Shown: positions 24,987 through 26,088 of the stretch, piece by piece
Layout: the number at the start of each line of letters is the position of its first letter
Position numbering within the stretch: the stretch's first letter is position 1
Assembly (NCBI GenBank): GCA_013697015.1
Contig: JACCXL010000307.1
Span: 1 to 26,088 of the forward strand
Source of the DNA: Chthoniobacterales bacterium
GTDB lineage: Bacteria; Verrucomicrobiota; Verrucomicrobiia; Chthoniobacterales; UBA10450
DNA length: 26,088 bases
Direction of reading: 5' to 3'
The notes under the pieces: generated by a model
Told to the model about the DNA's origin: nothing
Database searches by the model: none
The model's input: only the letters and a program-made list of their open reading frames with translations
Translations under genes and position numbers: made by a program

Positions 24987-25042
24987 GTCCGACGAGAGCA
25001 TGGGGTTAGGGACGTTTCGGAACGCCGGTGCCACTTCGGATG

Positions 25043-26038
25043 TCAACTGGTGTAAAGCGCGCCGGTTCCGTGTCGAGCCAACATCTCCTGCTCGATCCAG
25101 CGGTAGGTGCGCTCCAATCCGTCGCGCAGCTTTGTGGAGGGCTCCCAGCCGAATAGCTTTTCGATCAGAGAGTTGTCGCTGTTGCGGCCGTTAACCCCTG
25201 TCGGTGCGGACAAATTGTAACGGCGCTTCAATTTTACTCCGCCGATTTCTTCCGCCAGATCAACAAGACGATTGATGCTGACGAGCTCGCTGCTTCCGAG
25301 GTTGAGCGGATCTGCAAAGTCGTTCTGCATGATCATCTGCGTTCCCTTCACGCAGTCGTCGATCCACATGAAGCTGCGCGTCTGCTCACCACTTCCCCAG
25401 ATCTCGATCTCATTATTGCCAGACATTTTCGCCTCTGTAACTTTTCGGCAAATCGCCGCCGGAGCTTTCTCGCGCCCGCCGTCGTAGGTTCCGAATGTGC
25501 CGTAAACATTGTGATAGCGGGCGATGCGAGTGACCATGCCGTAATCTTCGCGAAAGTGACGGCACATCCGTTCACTGAAGAGCTTCTCCCATCCGTAGCC
25601 GTCTTCGGGAGTCGCGGGATACGCGTCTTCCTCCTTCAGCGCTGTCACGTTCGGATCAGTTTGCTTATCCGCGGCGTAGACACAGGCCGATGACGCGTAG
25701 AAGAAACGCTCCACGCCGGCATCTTTCGCGGCCATGAGCAAATGTGTATTGATGAGAACGCTGAGCATGCAGAGCGCTTTGTTGTTTTCGATGAAACCCA
25801 TCCCGCCCATGTCGGCCGCCAGGTTGTAAACGATCGGCGTTCCTTGCACGGCCTCTGTGCATGCCTCTTTCTCCCGCAGATCCAACTGCCGATTCTCGGC
25901 TTCATCGAACCGCTGATACCACTCGTCGAGCGGCTTCACGTCCACCCCGCGCACGGTTTTTCCCTGCCGGAGCAAATCCGCCACAAGATGGCCCCCGATG
26001 AATCCGCCGGCGCCGCAAACGAGAATTCCAGATGACAT
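25043..26038 (-). CDS. NAD-dependent epimerase, GDP-mannose 3',5'-epimerase-like
   Basis: GAGGFIGGH, NLAADMGGMGFI, YASSACVY, YGWEK (YxxxK), RYHNVYG, GGREKAPAA-x-CRK, WG-x-G-x-QTRSF-x-x-IDDC, GV-x-GRNSDN: the diagnostic GME motif set. Confidence 0.9.
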   Translation of the reverse strand: MSSGILVCGAGGFIGGHLVADLLRQGKTVRGVDVKPLDEWYQRFDEAENRQLDLREKEACTEAVQGTPIVYNLAADMGGMGFIENNKALCMLSVLINTHLLMAAKDAGVERFFYASSACVYAADKQTDPNVTALKEEDAYPATPEDGYGWEKLFSERMCRHFREDYGMVTRIARYHNVYGTFGTYDGGREKAPAAICRKVTEAKMSGNNEIEIWGSGEQTRSFMWIDDCVKGTQMIMQNDFADPLNLGSSELVSINRLVDLAEEIGGVKLKRRYNLSAPTGVNGRNSDNSLIEKLFGWEPSTKLRDGLERTYRWIEQEMLARHGTGALYTS

Positions 26039-26053
26039 GGAGAAGAAGAGTGC

Positions 26054-26081
26054 AACGTGCGCGGGTCGCTTAGCTGCGCAA
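26054..26081 (-). promoter_or_regulatory. Putative promoter of the epimerase gene
   Basis: TTGCGC (26081-26076), 16 nt, CACGTT (26059-26054). Confidence 0.4.
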
Positions 26082-26088
26082 GCGAACT

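Noticed and set aside
25002-25040. Possible terminator between wzm and the epimerase (CGTT-TCGG-AACG)
   Set aside because: Only a 4-bp stem and no U tract.

Overview
A 26 kb, GC-rich, very compact chromosomal segment of mostly housekeeping and cell-envelope genes. I infer it comes from a Verrucomicrobiota (Chthoniobacterales/Spartobacteria-like) bacterium, based on gene style, the long cyanobacterial-type IspH and the phosphatase-GlyA fusion. Gene order: ispH (partial, missing from the ORF track), L,D-transpeptidase lipoprotein, lipid A acyltransferase, an operon of LMW-phosphatase::SHMT fusion + zwf + opcA, radical SAM + DUF547, GT4, cNMP-DUF4388 protein + small lipoprotein, acyltransferase-3 + acyl-CoA thioesterase, queA, family-4 UDG, squalene/phytoene synthase + DUF362, hemW, uppS + purA, DUF3309, DUF6941 + uppP + glnB, a frameshifted wzx-like flippase, wzm with no adjacent wzt, and a GDP-mannose 3,5-epimerase-like gene. 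I found no rRNA, tRNA, CRISPR array or mobile element. Best leads: (1) the phosphatase-SHMT fusion co-transcribed with the oxidative pentose phosphate entry genes; (2) an uncharacterised radical SAM/DUF547 pair with Tes-like C-terminal cysteines; (3) a cNMP-DUF4388 protein with an 8-bp inverted repeat between it and the divergent GT4; (4) a hairpin/U-rich leader on purA; (5) a TGA six codons before a second in-frame stop in opcA; (6) recurrent TTGnnn-N16/17-nAnnnT promoters, several of them leaderless. Family assignments come from motif recognition only; no database search was run.
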